From: Octopus bimaculoides
Lineage: Eukaryota
Assembly: GCF_001194135.2 (NCBI RefSeq)
Contig: NC_068982.1
Location: 66,744,220 to 66,776,688, forward strand
DNA length: 32,469 nt
Direction: 5' to 3'
In this document: positions 20,778 through 30,722 of the stretch, in pieces
How the letters are laid out: every line of letters starts with the position of its first letter
How positions within the stretch are numbered: the stretch's first letter is position 1
Program-made: the position numbers and the translations under genes
Notes under the pieces: generated by a model
The model's input: the letters and a program-made list of their open reading frames with translations, nothing else
What the model was told of the DNA's origin: nothing
Databases searched by the model: none

Positions 20778-21212
20778 CATCATCGTTTAACATCCACTTT
20801 CCATGCTGGCAATAGGTATGGACGGTTTGACTGAGGACTTGCGAGCCAGAAAGCTGCACCAGTCTCCAATCTGATCTGGCAAAGTTTCAACAGTTGGATG
20901 CCCTTACTAACGCCTGCCACTCATTGTCAGGTGAATCTGGCAATGACCATGCTCAAAAGGTATTTTTTACATGCTACCTGCATGGAGCTAGTTCGGCGAC
21001 ACTTAAAAGTTGTTTTTCACGTGCCACCGGCACATGTGCCAGTAAGGTAACAATCACACTCGAATGGCATGGTAGCCAATCAGCGGCCCTGGCAATGATC
21101 ATGCTCGGATGGTGCTTTTAACATTTCACTGGCATGAGTGCCAATCAGGCAGTGCTGTCATCGGTCATGTCAGCAATTTTGATTTCACTTGCTTCAACAG
21201 GTCTTTGCAAGC
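20778..21212 (-). mobile_element. RTE 3' UTR and tail, same family as 4145-5066, antisense
   Basis: catcatcgtttaacatccactttccatgctggc...cacgtgccaccggcac...cttcaacaggtctttgca is the reverse complement of the 4490-5066 region. Confidence 0.85.
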
Positions 21213-21354
21213 AAAGTTTATTGGTCTTCAAATTTAATTTTGTCAATGCAACCAATTATAATTGGATGCATTAAATTATTAATAACACATTTGAACTCTA
21301 ATTTAGTAAATTTTGAAAAAATTGTGTTGTATGTGTATGTGTGTGTTTACCTAA

Positions 21355-21510
21355 TGGGATGGCCAAGTGGTTAAAAATTTGACTTCTCAACCATGAGGTT
21401 ATGATTTAAATCCCATTGCTCAACACCTTGTGCAAATGTCTTCTACCATATCTTCAGCTTAACTGAAGCCTTGTGAATGAAATTTGTCAAACAGTATCTA
21501 TGGAAGCATG
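21355..21510 (+). mobile_element. Decayed SINE family B head
   Basis: tggccaagtggttaaaaatttgacttctcaaccatgagg...caccttgtgcaaatgtcttctaccata...gccttgtgaatg. Confidence 0.6.
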
Positions 21511-21562
21511 TTGGATGGACACACTATCACACTAATTCTTCATGGGAATTATGATGATGATA

Positions 21563-21680
21563 ATCCTTTTTACCATAGGCACAAAGCCTGAAATTGTTGA
21601 GTACCAGTATTCAACTGGTACTTATTTTTTATTGATTTTGAAAGGATAAAAGGCAAAGTTGACCTTGCTAAGCATTTTGT
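21563..21680 (-). mobile_element. SINE family C fragment (Deu/Nin-like core)
   Basis: aatcctttttaccataggcacaaagcctgaaatt...aaggataaaaggcaaagttgacct is the reverse complement of the 31406-31626 element; includes a 9-bp perfect hairpin at 21600-21622. Confidence 0.7.
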
Positions 21681-22050
21681 CCAGCATGCTAATGGGTTTG
21701 AGCTTAATGCATGCTGTGCTCAGGTGCACCACAAGGTTAAAAGATGCAGCAGAAAGTGGCAATAAGTTAAGAAAGACAGAAATGGTAGCCACTGGATATA
21801 TATAGATGTGCAGAACTTTACCTGTGTGCAAATTATCTTCCTCTGCAAAATATGTGCACATTTTTTCTTTCCTAGTTGTAAGACGTGCTTATTTCCAAAT
21901 GCACAGTTTAGAGGGAACATTGGTGATTACATCTGGAATGTCTTTGTTCATAGGTTTCTTTGATTAGAAGTGACTTGGGTTTAAGAACAACATTTTAGGA
22001 TAATTATTAATTAATTAGCATTTAATTTCTATTCTGTTTTTGGTTTCCAG

Positions 22051-22253
22051 ATACTTCTAGGGCTCCCCGAGATGGGGAGAAACATGGCCAAGGTTACTAT
22101 TTCATGGAACGAGAAGTAATGGAAGAAGAAATAAGAAATGAGAAATTCCTTGAACATGGCGAATACAATGGCAATTTGTATGGCACCAAGATTGATACAA
22201 TAATTGATGTTATCCAGTCTTCAAAGATGTGTGTTTTAGATGTCAACCCTACG
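22051..22253 (+). CDS. MPP6: MPP2/6-like exon H: GK core
   Basis: tttccag|AT ... ACG|gtaaga; 203 nt, phase 1/0; (H)TSRAPRDGEKHGQGYYF...FLEHGEYNGNLYGTKIDTIIDVIQSSKMCVLDVNPT. Confidence 0.97.
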
Positions 22254-22324
22254 GTAAGAGACATTGATAAAGAGAGTACAAAATACCATCCATTACTCTT
22301 TGGATATTTACTGTCTCAAGATCC

Positions 22325-22558
22325 AGGATGCATAGGGTTGGTTTCCATGGTGTATGAGTGATCAAGATTACATTCCCCTTGAATGGGATGCAAGCTTGTT
22401 ATGAGGAGTGGGGTTACTCAGTTACACTTGAGTGAACTGGAGTAATGTGGGATGAAGTGTTTTACTCAAAAACACAATGCACCACCTAGTCCAGGAATTG
22501 AAACCATGATCTAGCAATCATGAGTGCAACACCATAACCAGCTGGCATTGCACCCTCA
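22325..22558 (-). mobile_element. tRNA-derived SINE sharing the family A head but with a different (V-domain-like) body
   Basis: gtgaactggag...gaagtgttttactcaaaaacacaatgc...ggaattgaaacc...catgagtgcaacacc matches the family A head; ccccttgaatgggatgcaag resembles V-SINE cores (from memory). Confidence 0.55.
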
Positions 22559-22591
22559 CTGGTAGTAAATATTTTGTTAAAGAGTATAAGA

Positions 22592-22629
22592 AATATATAT
22601 ATATATATATATATATATATCTATATATC

Positions 22630-22681
<52 letters not shown>
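22592..22681. repeat. Interrupted (TA)n microsatellite
   Basis: Direct reading; source of the IYIY ORF at 22574-22915. Confidence 0.95.
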
Positions 22682-22685
<4 letters not shown>

Positions 22686-22955
22686 TATCACTATCATCAT
22701 TATTCTATGTCTGTTCTGCATGCTGTTTGTTTAAAAAATCAACTGCAAGACACCCTGTCATTAGTCTTTTATCATTCCATTCCTTCCTCAGTTTTTTCCA
22801 TTTACTCCACTTAATACAACTACAGCACAGCCATAAAACAATGATGGCAACCAATACATTAGTTCTTTTATATATTCAAGATGTGCCAGCTGTCTTTTTA
22901 TTTGTTTACCTATGAGGAAGTAGTGTATTTCCATGGCCTATTTAAGCTCTCTTAA

Positions 22956-23141
22956 TCCTTTTGATACTAACCCATTTGAGAACATCCTTTATTGTCTGAC
23001 ACAAACTTCCTGTTTTAAATTAAAACCTTCCAGCAAAATTTCAGCTTAATAATGACAGTTATTTTGCTAAATCCATCATTATTTCCAGAATTAACTGAAA
23101 CAAAAGCAGAATATTTAAATAGAAATATGATAATAAAAGGG
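22956..23141. mobile_element. piggyBac-type MITE family 2 (186 bp)
   Basis: TTAA (22952-55)|tccttttgata ... ataataaaaggg|TTAA (23142-45). Confidence 0.75.
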
Positions 23142-23195
23142 TTAATGGAGTTGGTAACAAAGATAATGAGGTGAAGTTAGTGAGGTTTATATATA

Positions 23196-23726
23196 TGAGG
23201 TATGATCAAAAAGTATTGAGACTGATCCTGTAGTCATGGAGCTAAGGTACACAAAGTGAAGCCACTTGGCACAGATTGACCTTGAACTCTCACACTAAGT
23301 TATAATGTTCTTGCTTATTTCTGTTGTTTATAGCCACGCTTGGAAGTAGTGTGTAGACTGTGGTAATCTCAAACAGAAGATAAGGTTTTGGCTGCACAGG
23401 ATTTCTTTGATTGTGTCAAGGAAGACAATGTTTTGAAAATGGTTGTAACAGGTAACAAATTGTGGGTCTAGACTTTGACCCTGAAACCAAGGCTTGAAAA
23501 GAATCCCACTTGAAAGGAACAAGATTTCAAGATGTCGAGGAAATCCAAGAGAAAACAGTGAGGTAGCTGCTTGCTATCCCCTAAAAAGTTCCAGGAATGA
23601 ATCTGTCAAAGCAATGCTGGATAAAGTAGCTTCAGAAAGGGACTACTTCAAAGGAGATTAAATGCCAAATTGTTTTGTAGTTTTCTTTCTGTAGCTCCAG
23701 TCCTGATGCTTTGTGATCAGACCTTG
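23196..23726 (+). mobile_element. Internally deleted mariner (DD34D-type) transposon
   Basis: TA|tgaggtatgatcaaaaagtattgagactg versus cagtcctgatgctttgtgatcagaccttg forms an imperfect ~29-bp TIR pair. Remnants VVTGNKLWV/DFDPETK (TGDETWxxxYDPETK) and LKGTRFQDVEEIQ...SERDYFKGD* are present; the catalytic middle is missing. Confidence 0.88.
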
Positions 23727-23881
23727 TGTGTGTGTGTGTGTGTATTATATATTTATTTATTTATACACACATACATACATACATACACATCTATTTGTAC
23801 ACACCTGTGTACAGATATATATATGACTAGGTTGAGGAAATGAACTTAATTCCTATCTTGTTACTCTTTGTTCTGAAGATT

Positions 23882-23990
23882 CATTATTGTTGTTTTAACA
23901 TCCATTTTTCCATGTTGCATGGGTCAAATGAGACTATGCTCGAGCAAATTTTACTACAGCTAGTTGCCCTTCTTGACATCAACTCCCACC
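23882..23990 (-). mobile_element. Decayed retroelement 3' tail
   Basis: ttgttgttttaacatccatttttccatgttgcatgggtc...gttgcccttcttgacatcaac. Confidence 0.6.
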
Positions 23991-24064
23991 AAGGTAGTGT
24001 TCCCCATAGGGATATTCCTTGTCTGTTGAACAACATGATGTCAAATGCAGTGACACCATGTGAA

Positions 24065-24150
24065 TGTGAGGTTTTGTGTATAAAGTGAGTTTGTATTTCT
24101 GTCTACAAATGAAGACAGATATACAAACTCATTCCCACAAACACACACAT
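24065..24150 (+). ncRNA. Candidate intronic pre-miRNA-like hairpin (unverified)
   Basis: tgagtttgtatttctgtct (24086-24104) pairs with agacagatatacaaactca (24113-24131), one mismatch, 8-nt loop; the lower stem extends to ~33-35 bp. Structure only, no expression evidence. Confidence 0.3.
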
Positions 24151-24710
24151 GCACACACACATACATGACCAAATTCAGTTTCTACCTCTCAATTGTCACA
24201 AGATATTGGTCAACCCTTGACTATGATATCAGCTACCAGCCAACAGTATCCACATTCTGTGTTCAGGAAATTCATCTTCATAAAATTATATATTTATCAT
24301 CTCCAAACTGTTAGTTATCAAATATGTCTTCTGATAAAGCATTTTTCTTTTCTAATTTCGAGGCTGTTTTATTTACAAATGAATTTGAATTAATAAATTT
24401 TAAACTTTATTAAAGAAAATATCTTATCTTATTCTAGCTGTGATGTATTGCCTGTAGTAATAAAGCACAAATAATTGTTAAAATTTAATTCTTTTATTAG
24501 AAGTTTCTCTGTCTTACAATAATTGTATTTTACAATTTGCTGCTATAATTATATTTACAGCTTGTTGCTTGATTCCTTATAGCATTTGTTCCAGTTTTTT
24601 GTCCTTTGGTGCTACCCAAACATCAAGTTCTACTTTATTTAGATCTCACATAACTTCTATGATGAAAAATACTCCTATTTTTTTTTTTAATTCAATTTTC
24701 TGTTTTTCAG

Positions 24711-24827
24711 TCTTTGAAAATTTTGAAAACTGCAGAATTTTTACCCTTCATTGTGTTCATAGCTGCTCCAAGTGCAGATGTGTTAAGAGAGATGCATGAG
24801 CTTGGTAAACAAGCTAGAGGCTACAGA
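24711..24827 (+). CDS. MPP6: MPP2/6-like exon I: GK
   Basis: tttttcag|TCT ... AGA|gtaagt; 117 nt, phase 0/0; SLKILKTAEFLPFIVFIAAPSADVLREMHELGKQARGYR. Confidence 0.96.
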
Positions 24828-25190
24828 GTAAGTGTTAGTCATTAAACTAATTTTTGTAATCTTTGACCTATGCATTGTATGGAAGCCCATCATATACAAG
24901 ATTTATAATAAATGTTGACTAGCATATTTATTCTTAATGCATCCTGGCAGCTTCCAACATAAAATGTGCTAGTTGCTGTTATGTATGTTATGTATCACCC
25001 ATTTATGATGACTATGTTCATAACACAATTGGCTTATTGATGCAAGGGATTCTGGGATACCAGTATCTTGACATGTTATAATAATTGCCAACAAAATCTG
25101 TAAATTTTTTTTTCTCTAAAATTAATTAAACAACATAACATAATTTAACTATTCTGAGATTATACTGATATTTCTTTTTTATTTTCACAG

Positions 25191-25211
25191 GGACGTATGG
25201 AGTTAAAAACT
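25191..25211 (+). CDS. MPP6: 21-nt microexon J (GRMELKT) in the GK domain
   Basis: Strong U-rich tract and cacag| acceptor, |gtaagt donor, candidate branch point ctgat at 25165-25169; 21 nt, phase 0/0, open frame. Fills the xxLT gap before the DxD segment seen in MPP homologs. Confidence 0.82.
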
Positions 25212-25380
25212 GTAAGTTTATTATTGTCTTATTCACATATATAAATGCTCATCTGTATTGATTTTTGAATTGAGGTCATCCTCTTTAAAACAATTATACT
25301 TAGAATAATTATTGCATTGCAAAAGTCACTACATAGCTTAGTTTCCCTGCTTAATATTTTGTTATAAAAAAATATTTTAA

Positions 25381-25597
25381 TTGTTTAGCATCCAGGTGCT
25401 GTCAGATGTAATGCTAATTTATTCACATTGTTTTGAATTAATCATGCGTTACCTTATAACTTCAAGATTTTGATGTTGAAATTGTTTATTTTTAGAATGA
25501 CCGTGTAAGATAGGTGTGATAGGTAAGATCTGGTGACCTTGAACAGAGAATGGGTAGAATATTTTCACTGGATATGGCTGGTTTAAATGCTAAAAGA
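25381..25597 (-). mobile_element. piggyBac-type MITE family 1, older copy, opposite orientation to 29550-29760
   Basis: TTAA (25377-80)|ttgtttagcat ... tttaaatgctaaaaga|TTAA (25598-601); interior is the reverse complement of the 29550 copy. Confidence 0.75.
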
Positions 25598-25639
25598 TTA
25601 AGGTTTGCAACTTCATTGCTCAGGCACTTATCCTTTATC

Positions 25640-25728
25640 TTTTATTTGTTTCAGTCATTGGACTACGCTCATATTAGGGCATCACCTTGAAGAATTTAGT
25701 TCAACAAAGTGACCCTAGTACATATTTT
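25640..25728 (-). mobile_element. SINE family B tail fragment
   Basis: tttatttgtttcagtcattggact...caccttgaag...gaccctagtac. Confidence 0.55.
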
Positions 25729-25734
25729 TACTTA

Positions 25735-26188
25735 AGATTGGTACTCCTTGCTTGTGTGGCATGGTGCAGAGTCCTGTTGACAGACATAGGGTCTTCCAGC
25801 AGCCAACCTTTTGACCCAGAGCAGACTACCTCCTCCAGGCACTTGATGTAGGCCTCTGTGTTGAGTCTGAGGTTGTGTGGGGAGATGAATGGAAGCATAA
25901 CAACACCATCACTAGTGATCACTCGAAATACCATGATGTTGACTGGATGTTTGATTTTTATTACTCTTGGTACATGTCCATAGATTGACACCCAAATACT
26001 CTGAAATGTTCATATTGCAGTTTCCAGCATGAATGCCAAGCAGTACAGCATGTTGTTTCCAAATTTCTGGCAAAGTGAATTGCGTCATGATGCTGTTTTT
26101 TTTTACAGATGGTGCCCAACTGACCCTACTATACTGTGTAGTTGGCAAATTCAAAAACAATGTACATGTACGCATTGCACCATACACA

Positions 26189-26190
<2 letters not shown>
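25735..26190 (-). mobile_element. Internally deleted maT/Bmmar1-like (DD37D) Tc1/mariner transposase remnant
   Basis: N-terminus MTQFTLPEIWKQHAVLLGIHAGN..NISEYLGVNL is joined directly to KHPVNIMVFRVITSDGVVMLPFI.PHNLRLNTEAYIKCLEEVV and, after a frameshift, LLWVKRLAAGRPYVCQQDSAPCH. The QQDSAPxH second-Asp motif is typical of maT. TIRs not recognised. Confidence 0.8.

Positions 26191-26220
<30 letters not shown>
26184..26220. repeat. (CA)n microsatellite
   Basis: Direct reading. Confidence 0.95.
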
Positions 26221-26222
<2 letters not shown>

Positions 26223-26452
26223 GTATGATGGTCTTCTACATTGTTTCCATTCAAGTTCCACTCATAAAACATTGGTCAACCAATGGCAATGGTAGAAAAC
26301 ACCTGATCAAGGTGTTGTTCAATTAAATTGAACCTAGAATCACAAGGTTGAAAAGCAACCTTCTTTACCTCATAATGAAGCCAGTGTCCAGTGGTTACAT
26401 TGATGTAACTACTATATCAGAGGATTTACATTTGCTTTTAGATGATATAAGT

Positions 26453-26749
26453 CAGGGGTTTTCAAACTGTGGTCCCCAGACCACAAGGGGTCCGCAAGGA
26501 CAAGACAGGGTGTCCGTGGACAGCAAATATTGTTTATGGGCAATTTGATTTTATATATGTTTTTTAATCGAAATCTTTTAATTGACAATAAACCTATTTG
26601 TTAAATACTGTTAAATAAATAAATGTAGAAATATATGTTATTTTAAGTAAATATTTATGTGTAAATTTCATAAGCGTTTATAAGGGGGTCCCTAAGGTAA
26701 AGCCTGAAATATAAAGGGGTTCGCAAGTCAAAAAGTTTGAAAACTCCTG
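26453..26749. mobile_element. hAT (Charlie/Buster-type) MITE, 297 bp
   Basis: TIRs caggggttttcaaact / agtttgaaaactcctg (16 bp, 1 mismatch); perfect 8-bp TSD ATATAAGT at 26445-26452 and 26750-26757 with central TA. Confidence 0.95.
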
Positions 26750-26822
26750 ATATAAGTCATCAAATAAAGGTTTGAATTCACTTTCAACATGACTTAGTAA
26801 AAGGACAAACTTATGGACCCTA

Positions 26823-26962
26823 CCCTTGTTATCATATTTCTGTTGTGATACTGTCTTTACCGCAATTAATTTTGATGAAAGATCTTAATTCAGAACTCTA
26901 GAAAACAAAATGTTTGTACCACAGAGCCAAGATTGGCCTCAGGTGGGTTGGTATCAAAAGGG
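26823..26962. mobile_element. piggyBac-type MITE family 2, shortened, inverted relative to 22956-23141
   Basis: cccttgttatcatatttct ... gggttggtatcaaaaggg; TTAA TSDs degenerate. Confidence 0.65.
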
Positions 26963-27418
26963 TCAAAGAGCTTTTAGATTGATAGGAAGACGTTGTCTTG
27001 AGACTGGAGATGTGTCTGAAATGCTTTCAATTATGAAAGATATAATAAATACTAGGGTCAATATGGTTGCTTAAAAACCTTGAAGGTACTCTGGCATGGA
27101 GGTAATACAATGACTGAAATCCGCAAAAGAGTAAATCTTTTGTGAACAAAATATTCTTGAGTTATTATAAGAGATGAATTTAGACAGTATCACTTTAAAA
27201 TGGATTGTTTTGTATCCTAGAACCAACTGTGGCCTATTATGAAAGGGGTACCAAAAAGTGAGCTGGGTACTTTCCACCCAAGGACAGGAACTGTCCCTCT
27301 GAGCCTCTACACAGTTTCTGTCTATCTAGTTTTTCTCACAAGACTTTTGTCAACCTGAGGCTGTGGCAGATATTTGTCAAGCAAATAACTCTATAGCTCC
27401 AAAATAACCTTAACTATA

Positions 27419-27790
27419 CCAGGCATGGCTGTGTGACTAAAAAAAACTTGCTTTGCAACCATGTGGTTTTTGGTTAGTTCCTCTGCATAGCTCATTGGGC
27501 AGGTGTTTTCAGTTATAGCTCTCCTGGGCCAACTAATAACTTCTAAATCTGATAAGAAGAAACTGTGAGGAAGCCCATTCTGTGTGTTTGTGTTTGCCCT
27601 ACCCCACCACTTGACTATTGGTTTGTATTTGTACCCATAACTTAAATGGTTCAACAAGAGACCAATATGTGCCAGACTTAGAAAATAAGTACTGGAGTCA
27701 GTTTGTGTAACTAAACCTTTCAAGGTGGTGCTCCAGCATTGCCCACAATTCAGTAATTGTAAAAGTAAATTGTAAAAGTAAGGGTAAAAG
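27419..27790 (+). mobile_element. Full-length decayed SINE family B
   Basis: caggcatggctgtgtg head, gaagcccattctgtgtgtttgtg middle, aataagtactggagtc...ggtggtgctccagcat tail. An antisense family B fragment lies just upstream (~27300-27390). Confidence 0.7.
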
Positions 27791-27937
27791 ATGTAGGGAA
27801 ACCTGTGTAGTTTGAGTAAAATAAATGGTTTGTATTTTGTAATTTTGTGTTTTTATTTTGTGAAATTTTGATGTCTTGATATATTTAGATGTAGTAATCA
27901 GATTGCTAATGAATTTTTTTTTTTCTGTAATTCACAG

Positions 27938-28114
27938 GAGGAAGATTTTCTAGGAATGGTTGATGAAAGCATGCAGATAGAACAAGTTTATAAAAGCTAT
28001 TTTGACTTGATTATTATTAATGATGACTTCAATCAGTCGTACCAGTCATTACGCGAGGCAATTGATGAACTCAGCAATGAAACACAATGGGTCCCTTCTA
28101 ACTGGATCTACTAA
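27938..28114 (+). CDS. MPP6: MPP2/6-like terminal coding exon K (GK C-terminus, stop TAA 28112-28114)
   Basis: ttcacag|GAG; EEDFLGMVDESMQIEQVYKSYFDLIIINDDFNQSYQSLREAIDELSNETQWVPSNWIY*. The WVPxxW(I/V)Y end is typical of MPP2/6. Confidence 0.97.
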   Translation, partial: EEDFLGMVDESMQIEQVYKSYFDLIIINDDFNQSYQSLREAIDELSNETQWVPSNWIY

Positions 28115-29400
28115 CAACACACCTCAATTGACCATTTCATACCTGATTTGCAGAAACTTTGAGGTTCATATTTTTATAGAACAAGTCTTAACTAGATTTT
28201 AATATGCAACCTTAAAATATCACATATGTATGTATACATTATATATAGAAAGAAAGAAAAATGTTTCATTGAATAAAACTTTTTAAAGGGAGATCATTCC
28301 AAAAGCCTGTGACTACAATTTAAGTCTGCATGGCTGAAATTAAAATATATCAAGTCCGAGCCACGATAGGAAAACATTTGCTCTTGAGCAAGATTTTATT
28401 TTTATAAATTGAAATAGTTTTTTTCATCAATAACCATTTCTTCATAAAGTATTTCTTAAAAAAAAATAGAATTAAAAGTTAATGGATACAGCAAATATAA
28501 TTTTAAGGTTTGTACTAATGATGATTATTATTCTTAGTTATAAGTACTAGTAAAAATATTAATGATTTATACTAATAAAACTTCATACATGTTAAACAAT
28601 TCTATATAGCCTTTTCCCCAATACGGATGTTACATATAGAAATTCTTGTATGTTTTAGAGATTGTGTACAATTAGTATTTAATCAAGTATGTTTTGTTTC
28701 AAATTTTTTTCAAATATGTTTTTTTTTAACACCTGCTTAGTGATTCACTTCATCACTACTTCAGCTGGTATAGTGAAGTGTATGCTTTGCTGAAGTGGTC
28801 TAAATAAGACCAAAACATGTCCAGAGTTGTCTCTTGTACATATTAGTATATTAATCACTGAGCTAATATTATATCTTTTCCTCAGTTTATAATAAATTAG
28901 CTTTTGGAAGCTTGGTACATTGTTTTTCATGCAGCTGACGTCACTGAGTAATGAACTTCAGCGATTTATAATTGTCAAACCCTACTTATGTTAACTGGAA
29001 TTTTTCTAATTTATAAGTTTGTGGAAGAACACTTGGTTTGCAAACTATTTAATCACTTTAAAATTCTATTAAACTTTCTGAATACTTGTAAGACTTGCTT
29101 TTGAATTTATCCTCAAAATAAATGATTTGAGTAAATTTACTTTGAAATATCACTGAAATGATCAATACATGCAGCCAAATAGAGTTATCTGGATAGTTTG
29201 TTTCTGATAATGCCAAATATATTCTAAAGTTACTTTAGAGCTGACTTCTAAAACTATTGTATGGTCTTCAGTGTTGACTGTAATCTTCTGGCATTTTTTA
29301 TATAGAATTCATGAGGAAAATAAATGAAAATAAAACAAAACTAAAGATAAAAGTTTTCTTCCATTTGCAGACTAAACACAAACACATGCACACCTGGGTC
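28115..29400 (+). other. Probable 3' UTR (minimum extent uncertain)
   Basis: TE-free, very AT-rich stretch after the stop; AATAAA at 28272, 28891 and 29117, with more further down. The true cleavage site cannot be read from DNA. Confidence 0.55.
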
Positions 29401-29549
29401 TTTTTTATACAGTATTATCTGCCCCTTGGTTAAGCAATTCACTAAGACCTATAAATATGCATTTGATGAGCCAAGCATGCATAAATTAGTATTGGGCTCA
29501 TAGACCCATGTTGCACTAGGGTAACTGACCAGTGTGTCCCATGCCTTAA

Positions 29550-29760
29550 CCCTTTTGCATTTAAACTGGCTATATCCAGCCAAAATATCCCATCTGTTTT
29601 ATGTTCAAATGAGACAGATATGATCTCACACACCCTGCAATGTCGTTCTACAAATAAACAATCACATCATCAAAATCTCGAAGCTATGAGATAATGCATG
29701 TTTAGTTCAAAACAATGTGAAATAAGTATTACATTTCACAGTAATCTGAATGCTAAAGGG
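29550..29760 (+). mobile_element. piggyBac-type MITE family 1 (211 bp)
   Basis: TTAA (29546-49)|CCCttttgcattt ... gaatgctaaaGGG|TTAA (29761-64); 13-bp TIR with 2 mismatches. Confidence 0.9.
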
Positions 29761-29842
29761 TTAAGACAGCCACTGCTGCACAAATATGTGTGTGTGTATT
29801 ATGTCAATTGATGCCTTTATTCTAATGGAAGGAAATATATTA

Positions 29843-29935
29843 AAAGAAGGACATCCAGCCATAGAAAATCTGCTTCAATAAATTTCATCCAGTTCATGTG
29901 AGCATGGAAAAGTGGATGTTAAAACTATATTGATG
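29843..29935 (+). mobile_element. Decayed retroelement 3' tail
   Basis: gaaggacatccagccatagaaaatc...catgtgagcatggaaaagtggatgttaaaac. Confidence 0.6.
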
Positions 29936-30542
29936 GTAATGTCTTTTGCTCTTTTGATATCAAGCAGCCTGAGGCTACCTCTGGTTCCATGAACACAAAC
30001 CATTCATTTTAAAGTGTTAATACTTATTTTAAAACATTGCTTCCTAATTTTAGGTAAGAACTTTTGCTAAATCATATTTCAAGTACTAGCTCAGTAACAG
30101 AGAAATTATTTTACAAAATTCCTTAAAAATTCTTGGTTATTTTCAAAATTAATTGATACTCACCGAGTATGTTTAATTAAAAATATTACAAAGGTGTTAG
30201 TGATTTTTTTAAAACTGAAACAAGAGGTGTAACAGGATGCTGTTTCAGTATGCTCGAGATTTTCCATGAGACATCTTGTTTTTACAATCATTTGAAACAA
30301 TGAAATTGAATATATTTTGCATAACTAATGAGGCTAATACTGAGGACATAATAATTAAAATATTTTCTTTTGTTGTTAATTTTACATACAATGTATGAGG
30401 CAAATTTCACCTTTCATCCTTCCAGAGTTGACATGGAAATGAGGTTGATATATAAGTACTATTGACATCCTCCTATCTTATAAATATGTAGTGGCCTTAT
30501 CAATGTCAGAATTCAAACTGTGTAAACTGTTAATAATTTAAT

Positions 30543-30722
30543 GGGTAGCAGGATGGTTAGAGCATCAAACAAAATACCTATCAGTATTTCTTTTAGTTCT
30601 TTATGTTCCGAGTTCAACTCTGAGGAGATGAACTAGAATTCCAGTTTAGTACTGAGGGTCACATTAACTAGCCTGCTCCCCTAAAAATTTGTTGGTCTCG
30701 TACCTTAATTAGAAACCATTAT
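30543..30722 (+). mobile_element. Highly decayed SINE family C
   Basis: ggttagagcatcaaacaaaata...ttccgagttcaact...cccctaaaaattt...attagaaaccattat. Confidence 0.5.

Noticed and set aside
27935-27940. NAGNAG (CAG GAG) tandem acceptor at the last exon
   Set aside because: GAG is a very poor acceptor; the effect would be loss of one Glu.
28746-28798. Competing short stems (cacttca/tgaagtg, acttcagc/gctgaagt) in the 3' UTR
   Set aside because: Only 7-8 bp each; not distinguishable from background without folding or covariation analysis.
28835-28842. Pumilio element TGTACATA and several ATTTA motifs in the 3' UTR
   Set aside because: Expected by chance in over 1 kb of highly AT-rich sequence; needs conservation data.
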